This document shows positions 18,380 to 26,651 of a DNA stretch of 38,770 bases, in pieces. The notes below the pieces were generated by a model. It saw only the letters and a list, made by a program, of their open reading frames with translations. It was not told the origin of the DNA and made no database searches. The stretch comes from Candidatus Omnitrophota bacterium (GTDB lineage Bacteria > Omnitrophota > Gorgyraeia > Duberdicusellales > 4484-171), in NCBI GenBank assembly GCA_028692655.1, contig JAQUWY010000016.1, forward strand, positions 1 through 38,770, given 5' to 3'. The position numbers and the translations under genes were made by a program. The stretch's first letter is position 1, and every line of letters starts with the position of its first letter.

Positions 18380-18847
18380 ATGAGAACAAAAAAAGTACAC
18401 AACCTGAAGGGTCTCCTTAAGATTATCAACACCCTCAAAGCTCAAAAGAAAAAAATAGTCTTTGCCAACGGTTGTTTTGACATACTGCATCCTGGCCATT
18501 TAAGCCTTCTGCGCCAGGCTAAAAAGAAAGGAGACGTGCTGGTCGTAGGTATGAACTCTGACTCCTCAGTACGAAAAATCAAAGGGCTAAGACGGCCAAT
18601 ATTTAACCAAAGGTTTCGTTCGCAAATACTTGAGGCAATTGAATTTGTAGATTATATTTTAATATTCAATGGAAAGACTCCTTACCGAGAAATTGTAAAA
18701 CTTAGGCCCGATATTATTGTTAAAGGCGGAGATTGGGCTAAGAACGAAATCGTCGGTGCAGATATCGTTAAGAAAGTTATTAGAATAAAATTAAAACCCG
18801 GCTATTCAACAACCGGAATAATAAAAAAAATAAAATCCCGTGCCTAA
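18380..18847 (+). CDS. D-glycero-beta-D-manno-heptose-1-phosphate adenylyltransferase (RfaE domain II / HldC-like cytidylyltransferase)
   Basis: KKIVFANGCFDILHPGHLSLLRQAKKKGDVLVVGMNSDSS is the HxGH nucleotidyltransferase motif. Confidence 0.8.
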   Translation: MRTKKVHNLKGLLKIINTLKAQKKKIVFANGCFDILHPGHLSLLRQAKKKGDVLVVGMNSDSSVRKIKGLRRPIFNQRFRSQILEAIEFVDYILIFNGKTPYREIVKLRPDIIVKGGDWAKNEIVGADIVKKVIRIKLKPGYSTTGIIKKIKSRA

Positions 18848-19265
18848 TAATAAGGTTTTAAGAGTGCTTGATGCCAATTTCAATCGTTGCAAAGAAGGTT
18901 TACGGGTAATTGAAGATTATTTCAGATTTTTCCTTGAGGATGATAATTTAAGAAAAAAAACCCGTAAAATTCGTCACTCTTTAGATACGATTTCTCTCAC
19001 GCTGGTCAAGGCCGAGGCTATAACAAACCGCGATACCGCTAACGACCTCGGTAAAAAAATTGACAGTCTAGAATTAGGGCGTAACAATATTTCACAGGTA
19101 TTATGGGCCAATTTTCAAAGGGTCAAGGAATCCCTGAGGGTTTTGGAAGAATTCTCTAAAGTGGCTATGCCAAAAGAGACACCTCTTATTAAGAAAATAC
19201 GTTATGAAATCTACGCGCTTGAAAAGAAATCTTTTAAGAGGGGGGCTTCTTTACGCAATTCTTGA
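18840..19265 (+). CDS. ThiE-associated N-terminal-like domain protein, a separate ORF overlapping thiE
   Basis: LRVLDANFNRCKEGLRVIEDYFRF resembles the N-terminal extension fused to ThiE in some lineages. This is from memory, not searched. Its 3' end overlaps thiE by about 62 nt across a G6 run. Confidence 0.4.
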   Translation: MPNNKVLRVLDANFNRCKEGLRVIEDYFRFFLEDDNLRKKTRKIRHSLDTISLTLVKAEAITNRDTANDLGKKIDSLELGRNNISQVLWANFQRVKESLRVLEEFSKVAMPKETPLIKKIRYEIYALEKKSFKRGASLRNS

Positions 19266-19860
19266 TGAAAAGACTCTTCGGCCCCGGAATAATATACTTG
19301 CTACCGCAGGCAAACTTGCCAGATACGGCACCGATATCCTGCAACTCCGAGCAAAAGATATTGACGACAGTGCCTTTTTTTCGCTTGCTAACGATCTTAA
19401 AAAAATAATCCATAAGCACGGCAAGTATTTTATTATTAACGACCGGGTAGATATTGCTTATCTTTCAGGAGCCGACGGGCTTCATCTCGGAAGTGATGAC
19501 ATCCCGGTTCTATCGGCCAGAAAGCTTCTAGGAAAAAATAAACTTATTGGCAAGACTGTTCATTCCGCTTATGAAATGAAAAGTTTTAATTGTGAAGATG
19601 TTGATTATTTAAGCTGCGGGCCGGTCTTTAAAACTGAAACAAAGAGTATCTCTGTGCGGTTAACACATTTGGAGGCTTCTCGTATTATAAAACAAACTGA
19701 TAAACTAATATTTGCCATAGGAGGCATAAATCTGTATAATATAAAATCTTTAATAAAAATTGGCATAAATAATGTTGCGGTTGGCCGCGGCTTAACTAAG
19801 GTTGGAAACTTTAAAAAAACTGTTCAGGATTATAAACTATGTTTAGCAAAAACTTTTTAA
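19204..19860 (+). CDS. thiE: Thiamine-phosphate synthase
   Basis: GLLYAILDE...DILQLRAKD...FIINDRVDIAYLSGADGLHLG...AIGGI. TIM-barrel ThiE motifs throughout. Confidence 0.8.
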   Translation: MKSTRLKRNLLRGGLLYAILDEKTLRPRNNILATAGKLARYGTDILQLRAKDIDDSAFFSLANDLKKIIHKHGKYFIINDRVDIAYLSGADGLHLGSDDIPVLSARKLLGKNKLIGKTVHSAYEMKSFNCEDVDYLSCGPVFKTETKSISVRLTHLEASRIIKQTDKLIFAIGGINLYNIKSLIKIGINNVAVGRGLTKVGNFKKTVQDYKLCLAKTF

Positions 19861-21092
19861 AAAAGATTTCCTCCCGGGAAAAAGTAAGTAAAACGTTTCT
19901 GGAAAAACAGTTGAATCTGGCAAGAATTGTTATCCCGGCGAATAAATGCCGTGATATGTCCAGTCCCGTAGCTATAGGTGAAGGCCTTAAAGTAAAGATT
20001 AATACAAACATAGGCCTCTCAACACAAAAAACCAACCTTAATTCCGAAATAAAAAAAATGCGGGAAGCTGTTCGTTGCGGAACACATACTGTAATGGACT
20101 TAAGCGTCAGTCCCAATTACCGAAAATTGCTCAAAGAAATATTAGCACTTTCCCCGGTTCCAGTAGGAACGGTGCCTGTATATGAAGTAGCAATTGAAGC
20201 AGAAAAACGCAGAGAAAATTTTGATAAAATAACCTTTGACGATATATACCAAGCTCTTAAACGCCAAGCTGAAGCAGGCGTTGATTTTTTTACAATACAT
20301 GCAGGTATACTAAAAAAATCAGTACAGAATCTGATAAAAAAGAAAAGAGTGGGCGGCATAGTAAGCCGGGGAGGAGCTCTCCTAGCCCATTGGATGTATA
20401 TAAATAAAAAAGAAAACCCTTTGTATGCTAATTTTGAAGTAATACTGGAACTGGCTAAAAAATATAACATAACTATAAGCCTGGGTGATGCACTGCGTCC
20501 AGGAGCCATAGCCGACTCAACCGACAGCCACCAAATAGATGAATTAAAGGTTCTAGGGGAGCTTGTACAAAGATGCAGGAAAAACAATGTCCAGGTAATG
20601 GTCGAGGGCCCTGGACATATACGGCTGGATGAAATTCCTGCCAATATGGCATTAGAAAAAAAAATTTGCCACCGGGCACCTTTCTATATATTAGGACCTT
20701 TAACTATCGATTGCGCACCCGGCTACGATCATATCGTTTCTGCTGTTGGAGGAACTGTGGCTGCTTTTTATGGAGCAGATTTCTTATGTGTTGTCACGCC
20801 GGCAGAACATCTGCGGCATCCGTCATTAGAAGATATCACCAACGGGGTTATCGCTTCTCGAATAGCGGCCCATTCAGTAGATGTGCTACGTTTTAAAGAT
20901 GAGTGGCAAAAAAACCTTTCCATTTCTAAATTTCGGGCGAGAAGGGACTGGCGGGGAATGTTCAATTTAGCGGTTGATCCAAAAAAAGCTAAGCGATACC
21001 GCAAAGACATGAGCTCTGCTGATAAAATTTGCTCAATGTGTGGAAAATTTTGTTCCCTGAAAATAACCGAAAAATGCCATTTTTTAAAATAA
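19839..21092 (+). CDS. thiC: Phosphomethylpyrimidine synthase
   Basis: GPLTIDCAPGYDHI, the C-terminal CSMCGKFCSLK Fe-S cysteine motif, and TVMDLSV; 417 aa. Confidence 0.9.
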   Translation: MFSKNFLKKISSREKVSKTFLEKQLNLARIVIPANKCRDMSSPVAIGEGLKVKINTNIGLSTQKTNLNSEIKKMREAVRCGTHTVMDLSVSPNYRKLLKEILALSPVPVGTVPVYEVAIEAEKRRENFDKITFDDIYQALKRQAEAGVDFFTIHAGILKKSVQNLIKKKRVGGIVSRGGALLAHWMYINKKENPLYANFEVILELAKKYNITISLGDALRPGAIADSTDSHQIDELKVLGELVQRCRKNNVQVMVEGPGHIRLDEIPANMALEKKICHRAPFYILGPLTIDCAPGYDHIVSAVGGTVAAFYGADFLCVVTPAEHLRHPSLEDITNGVIASRIAAHSVDVLRFKDEWQKNLSISKFRARRDWRGMFNLAVDPKKAKRYRKDMSSADKICSMCGKFCSLKITEKCHFLK

Positions 21093-21167
21093 AAATAGTG
21101 AAGTGCTATCACGTAAACCAAAACCTACGGCGCGGCTTTAATGACCCGCCTCAGGCCGAGAATTAAT

Positions 21168-21202
21168 CCCGAACCAAGCAGATATGTGAGCTTTGGTTCG
21201 GG
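21168..21202 (+). other. Perfect 10-bp inverted repeat (hairpin with a 15-nt loop) between thiC and tRNA-Gly
   Basis: cccgaaccaa ... ttggttcggg, exact reverse complements. There is no trailing T tract. Confidence 0.3.
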
Positions 21203-21257
21203 GCAATGGCAGTTAGTGCACGTGATGCAAATCAAGAGCTTATTTGACATTATGTAT

Positions 21258-21328
21258 GCGGGCGTGGTTCAATGGTAGAACGTGACCTTCCCAAGGTTGA
21301 GACGGCGGTTCGATTCCGCTCGCCCGCT
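21258..21328 (+). tRNA. tRNA-Gly(CCC)
   Basis: Folds as a cloverleaf: GCGGGCG acceptor, GTTC/GAAC D-stem, anticodon loop TTCCCAA and T-loop TTCGATT. Very close to E. coli glyU. CCA is not encoded. Confidence 0.9.
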
Positions 21329-21329
21329 T

Positions 21330-21570
21330 ATAACGTAAGCTTAATGACAAAACTCATATTGGGAAATTAAAGCTTAAGGACGTGCATTAGGAGTGCGGGA
21401 CAAACAAAAAGAAATCTTGCAAAGCAAGTGTTTTGACCGCTCGCCCGCTTATAACGTAAGCTTAATGACAAAACTCATATTGGGAAATTAAAGCTTAAGG
21501 ACGTGCATTAGGAGTGCGGGACAAACAAAAAGAAATCTTGCAAAGCAAGTGTTTTGACCGCTCGCCCGCT
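21330..21570. repeat. Two perfect tandem copies of a 121-bp unit immediately 3' of tRNA-Gly, each ending with a copy of the tRNA 3' end
   Basis: Unit 21330-21450 recurs at 21451-21570. Each ends in gaccgctcgcccgctt, and the last 14 nt equal tRNA positions 21316-21329. The tRNA 3' segment therefore occurs three times at 121-bp spacing. Confidence 0.9.
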
Positions 21571-21713
21571 CAATACTGTTCATTGTGAGTTCATAAATGT
21601 TATTTTAAGTATAAAGTTTTTTAGTATAATATTTTATATTGAATTATCTATAGTTTCAGGTATCATATCACTCACGGCTATAGCATACGGAATATGTTTT
21701 TTTATCGGTGCCA

Positions 21714-22349
21714 ATGAAGAAACTGTTTTTATTAATACTTCTATTATATCTTAGTTCTTGTGCTCCAACGAATACATACCAAAAAAGCACTTCTGTCACT
21801 GACATCTCTTCCCGTCAAAATACCATATATTACGTTAAACCGGGGGAATCTTTGTGGAAGATATCCCAGTCTTATGGAATAACTGTGCAAGAGCTGATGT
21901 CTCTCAATAATATCTGTTCATCTCGGGAACTTAAAGCCGGACAAAAATTGATAATACCTGTTTCCAAAACTACAAAGCTCGGTTCTTTCCTCTGGCCGGT
22001 AAAGGGGAAGGTGATTAACTATTTTGGTGAAAATATTAATAACTCTATTAATAGCGGGATAAATATCCAAGCCGGAAATTCTGCCAGCCAAGTAAAAGCT
22101 GCGGCTAAAGGAAAAGTTATCTTCTCTAACGGGCTTAAAGGCTGGGGTAAAACAATAGTCCTACAGCATGCTTCCGGTTTCTACACTATATATGCTAATC
22201 TTGACAGCAATATAGTTAAAGAAGGAATGATTGTTGAAAAACAACAGCCGCTAGGCCAAGTTGCTTCCGGTGATAAAAAAGACTGTGTTTTGCACTTTGA
22301 AATCCGTAAATATCATACGCCCCAAAACCCCTTAAGATATTTAAACTGA
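21714..22349 (+). CDS. Lipoprotein with a LysM domain and an M23 peptidase domain
   Basis: Likely start is MKKLFLLILLLYLSSC (lipobox). LysM region YYVKPGESLWKISQSYGI. M23 C-terminal region GINIQAG...LQHASGFYTIYANL...VLHFEIRKY, with the HxH motif. Confidence 0.75.
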   Translation: MKKLFLLILLLYLSSCAPTNTYQKSTSVTDISSRQNTIYYVKPGESLWKISQSYGITVQELMSLNNICSSRELKAGQKLIIPVSKTTKLGSFLWPVKGKVINYFGENINNSINSGINIQAGNSASQVKAAAKGKVIFSNGLKGWGKTIVLQHASGFYTIYANLDSNIVKEGMIVEKQQPLGQVASGDKKDCVLHFEIRKYHTPQNPLRYLN

Positions 22350-22351
22350 TT

Positions 22352-23962
22352 ATGGAATTAAAAAACTGGGAAATAAAACTCGGAATTTTGCACAAAAGAG
22401 TAGAAGCTTTTTACCAAGGTTATCGCCAAAATGTAGCTCTTTTAGGCGATAATGCTGATGAAATAACCTACCTTCTGGAAAGTTATTTTTCCTCTGTGCC
22501 TTCCAAGAATATAGTACGTATTCGCACAACAACTTCATATTTAGGCAAAAACGAATTTTTTCGCGCTATCGCCTTTTCAATTCTAAGCGAGTATTCATGT
22601 ACTGCTTCAAATCTTGACATACTGCTCGGCATTAACAGCCCTACGATCCCGGCCACTACAAATTTTATCAAAATTTGCCTTGGAAAAAATGATATTACTT
22701 TTTTAGATTGCCTAGAAGTTATAAATAAATTCATAAACGAGACCGGAAAAAAATGTATACTGATTATTAATGAATTTTCGAACCTACCAGAGCTTTTTAA
22801 TGACTTCAATTCGGATTTTTCTAAATTTATAATTCTCCAAAATGGCTGTATGGTTCTTTTGACTGCTTCTCATATGAAATCTGCCGAAAAGTTTCTTTCC
22901 GGAGAATTAAACCTGTTGTTTGGAAATTTTGAAAAAGTTTTTTTAAACGAAATCTCTTTCCTCAAAAATGCACTCTACTTGAAAGAAAAAATTTCTCCCT
23001 GCAGTCCATCACCATGTTTTATGTCTTTTTTTATTAATGCTTTTGGAACAAACCTTATGTATTATGATATAATTTCACCGTTCATTAGAAAACATTACTC
23101 TGCGGAAAACGAAGACGCATCTGCATTATCGATAATTGCCGAAACGCTTTATTCCAAAGAAACCTATTTTTACCAGTATTTTATTCAAAAAATCAAAAAT
23201 CTGGAGTTTATTTTTAAAGACCACTCTACAGTAGTAAAACTGCTGTTGGCTATAAGCCAGGGCTATCTCAGGAAAAAAGACCTGATAGCGCTGAATATAT
23301 ATGGCCCCAAAGACCTCATTTTACGATTACAAAAGCTATTGGACGCTAATTATATCGAGAACCTAGGAGATATTTACAAAATACAAGACTCTTTGTTTTC
23401 TTTTTGGTTATGCCACATATTTAGGTTCTATTTTTCGACTCCTGCCCTTAGCCCTGTTGAGAATAAAAGATTTTTTTCTGAATCGCTTAAGGAAGAAATG
23501 CTGGGATTCAGGGAAGATTTCTATACTGACAAAATAAAGAAGGTAATGCAGTTATTTTCCTTGTTTAGAAATGACACCCTGCGCCTCGGAAAAAACAAAT
23601 ACCGTTTACCATCAATGGAGAAAGTTAAACTCGTATCTTACCCTCAAAAGGAATTCCATCTTTTGGTAGGAGAGGGCAAGGAAATAGTTTTTACCGGTGT
23701 AAAAGAAACCGATACCAGTGAAAATGACCTTGTTGAATTTATTGAAAAGGGGCGAAATGTAAAAGGCCGAAGTGTCAGGAAAATTTTTATATCCCTTGGG
23801 GAAATACCTTCAACCGTGAAGCTTATAGCCAAAAACAATAAGATTATCGCTTGGGATATCGACGATATCAACCGGCTTTTCAGCGTTTACAATAGGGCTA
23901 TTCTCGGATATGAGACAACCCCTGAGCAACGATTCTGCATAAACGAGAATGTAATGGTTTAA
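22352..23962 (+). CDS. Arch_ATPase/DUF234-family protein with degenerate Walker A and B (probable pseudo-ATPase)
   Basis: Walker A position reads VALLGDNADEITYLL (GPRRVGKT expected) and Walker B reads CILIINEF (hhhDEF expected). The C-terminus (LLVGEGKEIVFTGVKE...RKIFISLGEIPSTV...IIAWDIDDI) resembles the DUF234 module. Confidence 0.5.
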   Translation: MELKNWEIKLGILHKRVEAFYQGYRQNVALLGDNADEITYLLESYFSSVPSKNIVRIRTTTSYLGKNEFFRAIAFSILSEYSCTASNLDILLGINSPTIPATTNFIKICLGKNDITFLDCLEVINKFINETGKKCILIINEFSNLPELFNDFNSDFSKFIILQNGCMVLLTASHMKSAEKFLSGELNLLFGNFEKVFLNEISFLKNALYLKEKISPCSPSPCFMSFFINAFGTNLMYYDIISPFIRKHYSAENEDASALSIIAETLYSKETYFYQYFIQKIKNLEFIFKDHSTVVKLLLAISQGYLRKKDLIALNIYGPKDLILRLQKLLDANYIENLGDIYKIQDSLFSFWLCHIFRFYFSTPALSPVENKRFFSESLKEEMLGFREDFYTDKIKKVMQLFSLFRNDTLRLGKNKYRLPSMEKVKLVSYPQKEFHLLVGEGKEIVFTGVKETDTSENDLVEFIEKGRNVKGRSVRKIFISLGEIPSTVKLIAKNNKIIAWDIDDINRLFSVYNRAILGYETTPEQRFCINENVMV

Positions 23963-23974
23963 ACATAAAAAGGA

Positions 23975-24484
23975 TTGGAAATGCCAACAAGAATACTGGT
24001 AGTTTCGGATACGCACATTGCAGATGACATAGAACAAATCCCGGAGATAATACGGGAGCAGGCAAAAAAAAGCGATTGCTGCATACACGCAGGAGATTTT
24101 ATATCTCTGGCCGCATTGCAAGAATTTCAAAAATGGACCAAAATCTATGGAGTCTGTGGAAATATGGATAGTGACGAAATCCGGGAAAGATTACCATACA
24201 AGCAAATAATAAGTTTCGAAAGCGTAAGGCTGGCCCTTACCCATGGCAGAGGGCACGCTGACAATTTAATTAATCATATAAACAACGAGTTCTCTGACGA
24301 AATAGAAAAAATCGACATCTTTGTTTTTGGACATTCCCATTCACCTATAAATAAATTTATTAATAATAAATTATACTTTAACCCCGGATCCTTAACGGAT
24401 ACGGTTTCATCTTCTTATTGTTCTTATGGTATTCTGGAAATAAACGGCAGCAAGATTAAAGGAAAGGTGGTTGAGCTTGAATAA
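23975..24484 (+). CDS. Metallophosphoesterase (YfcE/MJ0936-type calcineurin-like phosphodiesterase)
   Basis: LVVSDTHI, CIHAGDF, GNMD, VFGHSH metal-ligand motifs in the canonical order. Confidence 0.75.
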   Translation: MEMPTRILVVSDTHIADDIEQIPEIIREQAKKSDCCIHAGDFISLAALQEFQKWTKIYGVCGNMDSDEIRERLPYKQIISFESVRLALTHGRGHADNLINHINNEFSDEIEKIDIFVFGHSHSPINKFINNKLYFNPGSLTDTVSSSYCSYGILEINGSKIKGKVVELE

Positions 24485-24995
24485 ACTCTGGGCTCCCTGG
24501 AGATCCCAATATATACACCGTCGAAAAAATCCCGGGTGCATATTCTGCCAAATATTCAGAGAGGATAAAGATGCAAAGAATTTTGTCTTAGCACGTTACC
24601 GGCATTGTTTCGCAGTCTTGAATACTTTTCCTTATAACAACGGGCATATTCTTATAGTTTCTAATCGCCACGCCGGGTCATTGGAAAAATTGAAACCCGC
24701 TGAAATTCTTGATATGCATAAATTATTGCTTACCGCAACAGATTCTCTCAAGAAAACTCTTAAACCCGATGGGTTCAATATAGGAATCAATATAGGAGAA
24801 AATGCCGGTGCAGGAATCAAAGACCATATACACATACATATTGTTCCTCGTTGGGCCGGCGACACTAATTTTATGCCGATAATCACTGACACGAAAATAA
24901 TATCTCAAAGCCTTGAGGAATTGTACCGCTTATTGGTGAAAAATAACAATTTAAGCCGTATATCTAAAACAAACAAATCAAAAGGAAAGGATTGA
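24471..24995 (+). CDS. HIT-family nucleotide hydrolase/transferase
   Basis: Histidine triad HIHIHIVPR. The 14-nt overlap with the upstream gene indicates coupling. Confidence 0.8.
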   Translation: MSLNKLWAPWRSQYIHRRKNPGCIFCQIFREDKDAKNFVLARYRHCFAVLNTFPYNNGHILIVSNRHAGSLEKLKPAEILDMHKLLLTATDSLKKTLKPDGFNIGINIGENAGAGIKDHIHIHIVPRWAGDTNFMPIITDTKIISQSLEELYRLLVKNNNLSRISKTNKSKGKD

Positions 24996-24996
24996 T

Positions 24997-26034
24997 ATGA
25001 AAAAGTATATAGCAGTATTCTCTTCCTTCCATAATATTTACCGTCTGATAACCACCTTAGGCGATACGGAAAGCTTTGCCGTAGGCGTCTGCAGGCTTTA
25101 TCGAAATGTTTTTAAAGCCGATAAAATAGTTCTAATCTGCAAGAATATTTCTTCTCACGGTTTCATAAAAATCCGCCTTGAAGGCAAACACCAATATGTC
25201 AAAAAAGGGGGAATGTCTATACTCACCCGGATTGAAAAAGAGGTGCTAAAGCAAGAGAAAGAAATGATTTTCAGTAATCGCTTGATATATCCTTTCGTTT
25301 TCAACAGCACTCAAGGCGCAGTATACGTTAAGCGTGAAGCAAAAACTAAAAACTTTGATGCTTCAGAAAAGAAATGGTTCCTTTCTCTATGTGAAGAGGT
25401 GAGCGTTGGGCTAAAAATTTTTGATCTGTATAATGAACAGCAAAAGATAATGGTTAACTATATTAAATCTTTATCAAGTTTCCTGAATCAGTATGTCCCA
25501 ACATCATACCTACATACAAAACCCATGCTCAGACTAATCAAAGCTCTGGGGAAAGCAATGAGGCTGTCGGAAGCGGAGATAATATCTCTGGAACATGCCT
25601 CCTTATTGCATGATGCAGGCAAAACCCAGGTTCCTTCGAATCTTCTTATAAAACAAAAACCTCTTACAGACGAAGAGTTTAAGCTGATAGCTAAGCATCC
25701 CCGTAAAGGAGCAGAACTATTTAAAAATATGGATTTATTAAAACCTGTAATACCCATAATTTTACATCACCACGAACGTTATGACGGCAAAGGCTATCCA
25801 TCTAAATTAAAAAAAGAAAAGATACCCTTATCCTCAAGAATTTTATCGGTTTTGGATGCATTTGATGCTATGTACTTTGGCAGGCCTTACAAGAAGAAAT
25901 GTTCCCTGAAAGACATAAGGGAAGAGTTTAAACGCCAAAAAAACAAGCAATTTGACCCCAAGATAGTAGATGTTTTTCTGAATATTTTAAACCGTAAAAG
26001 CGTAAGCTCCTATTTAAAATCTTCACGTAAATAG
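24997..26034 (+). CDS. HD-GYP domain protein (putative c-di-GMP phosphodiesterase) with an unassigned N-terminal sensor-like domain
   Basis: LLHDAGK, HHERYDGKGYP (HD plus GYP motifs). The roughly 170-aa N-terminal region has no motif I recognise. Confidence 0.75.
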   Translation: MKKYIAVFSSFHNIYRLITTLGDTESFAVGVCRLYRNVFKADKIVLICKNISSHGFIKIRLEGKHQYVKKGGMSILTRIEKEVLKQEKEMIFSNRLIYPFVFNSTQGAVYVKREAKTKNFDASEKKWFLSLCEEVSVGLKIFDLYNEQQKIMVNYIKSLSSFLNQYVPTSYLHTKPMLRLIKALGKAMRLSEAEIISLEHASLLHDAGKTQVPSNLLIKQKPLTDEEFKLIAKHPRKGAELFKNMDLLKPVIPIILHHHERYDGKGYPSKLKKEKIPLSSRILSVLDAFDAMYFGRPYKKKCSLKDIREEFKRQKNKQFDPKIVDVFLNILNRKSVSSYLKSSRK

Positions 26035-26120
26035 CTGCCTTCGGCCCGATCGTCATTCCAGCTGAAACAGGTTATTATGTCAAGCTTGATTTTTACGCAT
26101 TTTCAGGTATAATACCGCCT

Positions 26121-26651
26121 ATGGAATCAAAACAACTTTATTTATTCGGAGCACAGAATGAACCGGAGAAAAAATCTTTGCGTTACAAGGTAGTTCTGCC
26201 TTTAGATGCCTTGATATTGTTGACAGCTGTACTTATAATATTTTTAGTTTTTGCTTTTTCTCTGGGAATCGAAAGGGGCAAGAACATAGCTATGCGCTCC
26301 TCGGATACAAATAACGAAAGCACCCTTTTGGCTGAGCAAAACCTTACCGCAGACCAGAAACCAATTCAGCAAGCTTTCATTAGGCCGCAGGCAGAGAGCA
26401 GTAAAAACAAAGAAAAAAATGATGAAGAGGAAACAAAGCTTTACCATATACAGGTAGCCAGTTTTTGTAAAGAAGTAACTGCTGAGAAAGAAGCCGAAAA
26501 CCTGAAAGATAAAGGTTATCAGGTATTAGTATTGACAAAGGGAAAATATGCTGTAGTATACGTAGGCGGTTTCAAGAATGAAAATCAAGCCAAAGAAACG
26601 CTTCAGGTATTAAAAAAGACATATAGCGACTGCATATTAAGGAGGTTGTGA
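26121..26651 (+). CDS. SPOR-domain membrane protein
   Basis: N-terminal TM, then a linker, then C-terminal YHIQVASFCKEVTAEKEAENLKDKGYQVLVL...YAVVYVGGF, a SPOR fold signature. Confidence 0.7.
   Translation: MESKQLYLFGAQNEPEKKSLRYKVVLPLDALILLTAVLIIFLVFAFSLGIERGKNIAMRSSDTNNESTLLAEQNLTADQKPIQQAFIRPQAESSKNKEKNDEEETKLYHIQVASFCKEVTAEKEAENLKDKGYQVLVLTKGKYAVVYVGGFKNENQAKETLQVLKKTYSDCILRRL

Noticed and set aside
17754-19860. TPP riboswitch expected upstream of the thiamine genes.
   Set aside because: The gaps between gmhA, the adenylyltransferase, the ThiE-associated ORF, thiE and thiC are 0-40 nt or overlapping. No CTGAGA-containing THI-box-like element is visible in the available non-coding sequence (17754-17793, 18364-18379).
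20117-21121. Antisense ORFs from the six-frame track inside thiC (20117-20644, 20473-20679, 20768-21121, all minus strand; 20666-20896 plus strand out of frame).
   Set aside because: They lie entirely inside a high-confidence thiC frame, lack RBSs, and have skewed Ser/Arg/Cys composition typical of antisense reading of a coding strand. The same applies to the other short antisense ORFs in the track, for example 12264-12515, 14485-14795, 17285-18056 (minus strand), 36578-37066 and 37870-38256.
21330-21570. The tandem repeat considered as a CRISPR array or as a duplicated tRNA gene.
   Set aside because: There are only two units with a 121-bp period and no spacer/repeat alternation, and no cas genes. 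Each unit contains only the last roughly 16 nt of the tRNA, not a foldable cloverleaf.
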